Source: a bacterium
GTDB lineage: Bacteria; Patescibacteriota; Dojkabacteria; JAKAPS01; JAJZLI01
DNA: 40,707 nucleotides
Reading direction: 5' to 3'
NCBI GenBank assembly: GCA_021816845.1
Contig: JAKAWT010000002.1
Span: forward strand, 99,017 to 139,723
In this document: positions 37,575 to 40,707 of the stretch, in pieces
How positions within the stretch are numbered: position 1 is the stretch's first letter
How the letters are laid out: each line of letters starts with the position of its first letter
Translations under genes and position numbers: made by a program
Notes under the pieces: generated by a model
Database searches by the model: none
What the model saw: only the letters and a program-made list of their open reading frames with translations
What the model was told of the DNA's origin: nothing

Positions 37575-38816
37575 TTATAGGAATATTAAAATTGATGCTG
37601 TTACCATTATTATAACAGATAGAATACCAAAAAAATTATCAAACAAATTATTTTTCAAATGCCCCATGACTCTTTTTTTATTGGCTATAATTATGATTAA
37701 CGTAACTATTATAGGTGTTAATATACCATCAAGGACTTGAGAATAAAATAAAGCAGATATAGGCTGTACTTTAAATATTGTAAATGCAAATCCAGCAAGG
37801 AGTGATAATATAATAATGTAGTAAAATAATTTTGCATCTTTAAACCTATGTGATAAAAATCCATGTTTTTTTGTTAACTCTGTAACAGCATATGCTGATG
37901 ATATTGAAAGTACTGGAATTGCAATTAACCCTGCAGAAATTATCCCAACAGCAAAAAGTTGACCAGCAAATATTCCAGCTAGTGGTTTTAGAACCTGTGC
38001 TGTTGTTATTGCAGGATATTGAGCATTTAGAATATTTATGTGATGTTTATATAGAGTAGCTCCAGCTGCTGTCATTATAAAAAGTGTAACAACTTGGGAG
38101 AATATAAAACCGTATGTTATAAAACCTCTTTCTTTCTTAGCAAATGTTAATGGTCTGTGTTCCTCTACTTCTTCTTTCTGTTGCCAAAATAATAAATAAG
38201 GAGATATAGTCGTTCCCAAGATCCCGGTTGCTACTATTGCATACCCTTTATTTGAAAAAAGGCTTCCTATATCTGGGATGAAAGTTCCTTTTAAAACGCT
38301 CAACCAATTTGGCCCGGCAATTATTGCAACAAAAATATATGATATAAACACTAGAGATCCTATTATCATAAATTTTGCTATTTTATCGTAGCTTTTAAAA
38401 ATGATTATATATGTAAGGAAGATAAATAATGGGATAAGTATATATTGGTAACCAATAGTGCTATTTGTAAAAAACATTGTTATTGATGCTGAGGTTGCAA
38501 GCATATCTGCACCTACTGTGAATGTGTTGCATATAAGTAGAATTAGAAGAATTATATAAACAGCTACTATTCCAAATTCAGCTTTAATAACCTCATTCAA
38601 CCCTTCTTTCGTTATAACCCCTATTCTTGCTACCATTCCTTGTACTGCTATAAGCATTGGTATAGAAATTAGCATTATCCAATTTTGTGAATACCCAAAT
38701 TGTGATCCAGATATAGAATAAGTGGATACTCCCGCTGGATCATTATCAGCAGCCCCAGTTATTATACCTGGTCTAACTTCCTTGATGTAATTTGCTAATC
38801 TTCTGTGCACTTTCAT
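37575..38816 (-). CDS. NRAMP/SLC11-related divalent cation transporter with a non-canonical metal site
   Basis: 413 aa with about 11 TM helices. RPGIITGAADNDPAGVSTYSISGSQFGY aligns to the MntH TM1 region (..DPGN......GAQFGY). ILGTTISPYLLFWQ aligns to TM6 (GA.IMPHNLYLHS). Confidence 0.85.
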   Translation of the reverse strand: MKVHRRLANYIKEVRPGIITGAADNDPAGVSTYSISGSQFGYSQNWIMLISIPMLIAVQGMVARIGVITKEGLNEVIKAEFGIVAVYIILLILLICNTFTVGADMLATSASITMFFTNSTIGYQYILIPLFIFLTYIIIFKSYDKIAKFMIIGSLVFISYIFVAIIAGPNWLSVLKGTFIPDIGSLFSNKGYAIVATGILGTTISPYLLFWQQKEEVEEHRPLTFAKKERGFITYGFIFSQVVTLFIMTAAGATLYKHHINILNAQYPAITTAQVLKPLAGIFAGQLFAVGIISAGLIAIPVLSISSAYAVTELTKKHGFLSHRFKDAKLFYYIIILSLLAGFAFTIFKVQPISALFYSQVLDGILTPIIVTLIIIIANKKRVMGHLKNNLFDNFFGILSVIIMVTASILIFL

Positions 38817-39356
38817 TTATTTTGAAGGTGTTACTAATTTAGATTGTATCTTTATTTTTTTTAAATCTGAACCTATAAAAGGAGACAATATTTTTGTGTC
38901 TTCCTTGACTATAATTCCACCTAAATAGGATTTTCTTATTGTATTCTGTATAGTTGTTTCCCCCTTATATATGTTTATATTCATTATCAAGAATATAATA
39001 AAACTAACAAGAATTATACCCTCAAGGAGGGATAACATAGCTCCAAGATATTTATTCATTTTTGCTTTATTTAATTTTTTTGGTATAAATCTTTTATATA
39101 TTATTGGAGATATAAAGTGTAATGCTATAAGGAGTATGACAAATACGACTAAAATTCCTAGTGGTTTCTCTAGTGAAGTAGGAATTTTAGAGTAATGCTT
39201 TAAAATATCATCTCCCAAGAAATATAACTTAAAAGAAATAATATATGTAATAATAAGACCAATAAACCCTGTAACAATCTTTATTAAACCTTCGGCATAT
39301 CCTCTCTGGATATAAATTACAAATACTACTATAATTATAATGGTTGTTAAATCCAT
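38817..39356 (-). CDS. cvpA: CvpA-family membrane protein
   Basis: 179 aa with 4 TM helices. MDLTTIIIIVVFVIYIQRGYAEGLIKIVTGFIGLII follows the CvpA N-terminal pattern. Its stop abuts the start of the transporter gene with no gap. Confidence 0.7.
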   Translation of the reverse strand: MDLTTIIIIVVFVIYIQRGYAEGLIKIVTGFIGLIITYIISFKLYFLGDDILKHYSKIPTSLEKPLGILVVFVILLIALHFISPIIYKRFIPKKLNKAKMNKYLGAMLSLLEGIILVSFIIFLIMNINIYKGETTIQNTIRKSYLGGIIVKEDTKILSPFIGSDLKKIKIQSKLVTPSK

Positions 39357-39523
39357 ACCTTATATATTAACAGTTTTACTATAACTTTCAACATGTCAAA
39401 AGATGTATAGCAACTTAATTAATATTTAATGTTATTTTAATACTATGTCTATATAAGTAGTTTGGATTACAAATTTTATGTTGCAATTCTAATTATTATT
39501 TTATTATTTTATTTTAAGATACT

Positions 39524-40707
39524 ATGGATGATACAAAAATAACAACATCTACTCCTATAGAATATATATCAAAGAGTGAATTTAAAAGAACTATGTCTTT
39601 TGTTGTTGTATTAACATTGGTTTTTGCAACTTTGTTTGGTGGAATTTTAGGTTTTCTATCTTCTCAGTTATATAATATTGGTACTAATAGTACTATAGCA
39701 GGAACATCATCTGGAATTGTACAGAATCTACCTGTTGTAAATCAAAATTCTGCTGTAGTTAGTGTGGTAAAAAAGACCAATCCTGCAGTTGTAAGTATAG
39801 TAATCTCTCAATACGTCTCGAACAATAACAATAATTTATTTGGTAATTTTTTTGGATTGCCATCTTCTGGATCTGGTGGATCTGGATCCGGATCTAGCTC
39901 TGGTAGTACAAAGCAAACAGTAGGAGAAGGATCTGGTTTTATTGTTCAATCTAATGGATATATTATTACTAATAAACATGTTATTGTGAGTCCTACTGAC
40001 TCATACACAGTAGTAATGAATAATGGTAAAAGTTATCAGGCCAAAGTTGTTGGAACTGATCCAACAAATGATATCGCTGTAGTTAAGATTAATGCAACTA
40101 ATTTACCAACTTTACCTTTAGGTAACTCATCTGGCCTACAACTTGGGAGTGCTGTTATTGCTATTGGTAACGCACTTGGTCAATATCAGAATACAGTTGA
40201 TACAGGTGTTATTTCTGGATTATCAAGAAGTGTTCAAGCACAAGACCCAGTTACTGGGGCTGTAGAAAATCTTACTGGGATGATTCAGACTGATGCAGAG
40301 ATTAATTCTGGTAATTCTGGAGGACCTTTATTGAATCTTGAGGGCCAAGTTATTGGTATTAATACTGCAGTTGCATCTACTGCACATGGAATTGGATTTG
40401 CTATACCAATAAATCAGGCTAAATCAGATATACTATCAGTGTTAAAGAATGGAAAAATAATAAAACCTGAACTTGGTGTTGATTATGAATTAATAACTCC
40501 TGCGATACAACAATCTCAGCATCTTAATTATTCTTATGGTGCATATTTAGTAGGAAGCAGTAGTAGTCCTGCTGTATTACCTAATACTCCTGCATCAAGA
40601 GCTGGACTGAAAAGCCACGACATCATACTTGAAGTTAATGGTGTTAAGGTTACCGAATCAAACTCATTAGGGTATCTTATAGGTATGCAACAATTAAATT
40701 CTACTGT
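39524..40707 (+). CDS. htrA: HtrA/DegP-family serine protease (3' end runs off the window)
   Basis: The frame is open from ATG 39524 to the window end, and it is not in the track because no stop is reached. It has an N-terminal TM anchor and the catalytic triad blocks GSGFIVQSNGYIITNKHV, TDPTNDIAVVKI and TDAEINSGNSGGPLLN. The start of a PDZ domain follows (PASRAGLKSHDIILEVNG). Confidence 0.9.
   Translation, partial: MDDTKITTSTPIEYISKSEFKRTMSFVVVLTLVFATLFGGILGFLSSQLYNIGTNSTIAGTSSGIVQNLPVVNQNSAVVSVVKKTNPAVVSIVISQYVSNNNNNLFGNFFGLPSSGSGGSGSGSSSGSTKQTVGEGSGFIVQSNGYIITNKHVIVSPTDSYTVVMNNGKSYQAKVVGTDPTNDIAVVKINATNLPTLPLGNSSGLQLGSAVIAIGNALGQYQNTVDTGVISGLSRSVQAQDPVTGAVENLTGMIQTDAEINSGNSGGPLLNLEGQVIGINTAVASTAHGIGFAIPINQAKSDILSVLKNGKIIKPELGVDYELITPAIQQSQHLNYSYGAYLVGSSSSPAVLPNTPASRAGLKSHDIILEVNGVKVTESNSLGYLIGMQQLNST

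Overview
This is a strongly AT-rich (judged by eye, not computed), very compact bacterial chromosome segment in which about 40 of 44 genes lie on the minus strand. TGA works as a stop codon (for example at the nrdJ end) and the long ORFs are unbroken, so the standard bacterial code applies. Small proteins, sparse Shine-Dalgarno sites, many 4-17 nt start/stop overlaps and patchy metabolism suggest a reduced-genome bacterium of the Patescibacteria/CPR type; that placement is inference only.

Gene content in coordinate order:
- rnhB, rplS, rpmA, a SAM methyltransferase, rplU.
- A complete F1Fo ATP synthase operon, transcribed atpB-E-F-H-A-G-D-C.
- A small envelope-modification island: a membrane-anchored SGNH hydrolase, a hexapeptide acetyltransferase and an unknown 277-aa protein.
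- A peptidoglycan-precursor operon: alpha/beta hydrolase, murF-like, ddl, a leaderless NlpC/P60 protein, mraY.
- A dolichol/phytol-kinase-like membrane protein.
- A leuS, HD, PLP enzyme, ATP-grasp, YvcK string.
- An aldo/keto reductase and an unlisted 53-aa LysW-like zinc-ribbon ORF.
- murB fused to a glycan/glycolipid assembly cluster (GT4, UgtP-like, UgtP-like, GT4, Wzx, O-antigen-ligase-like), then a degenerate acylphosphatase-like protein.
- An unlisted 49-aa Cys-rich ORF.
- Class II ribonucleotide reductase translationally coupled to a CobA-type adenosyltransferase.
- yidD, a non-canonical NRAMP-related transporter, cvpA, and the 5' part of an HtrA protease.

I saw no rRNA, tRNA, CRISPR array, transposase or integrase. 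The most interesting candidates are:
- the PLP-enzyme/ATP-grasp/YvcK module embedded among cell-wall genes;
- the two unlisted small ORFs, one metallothionein-like and one LysW-like;
- the paralog-rich glycolipid/glycan cluster;
- the NRAMP-like transporter with an altered metal site.

All functional calls rest on motif recognition by eye. No searches were run.
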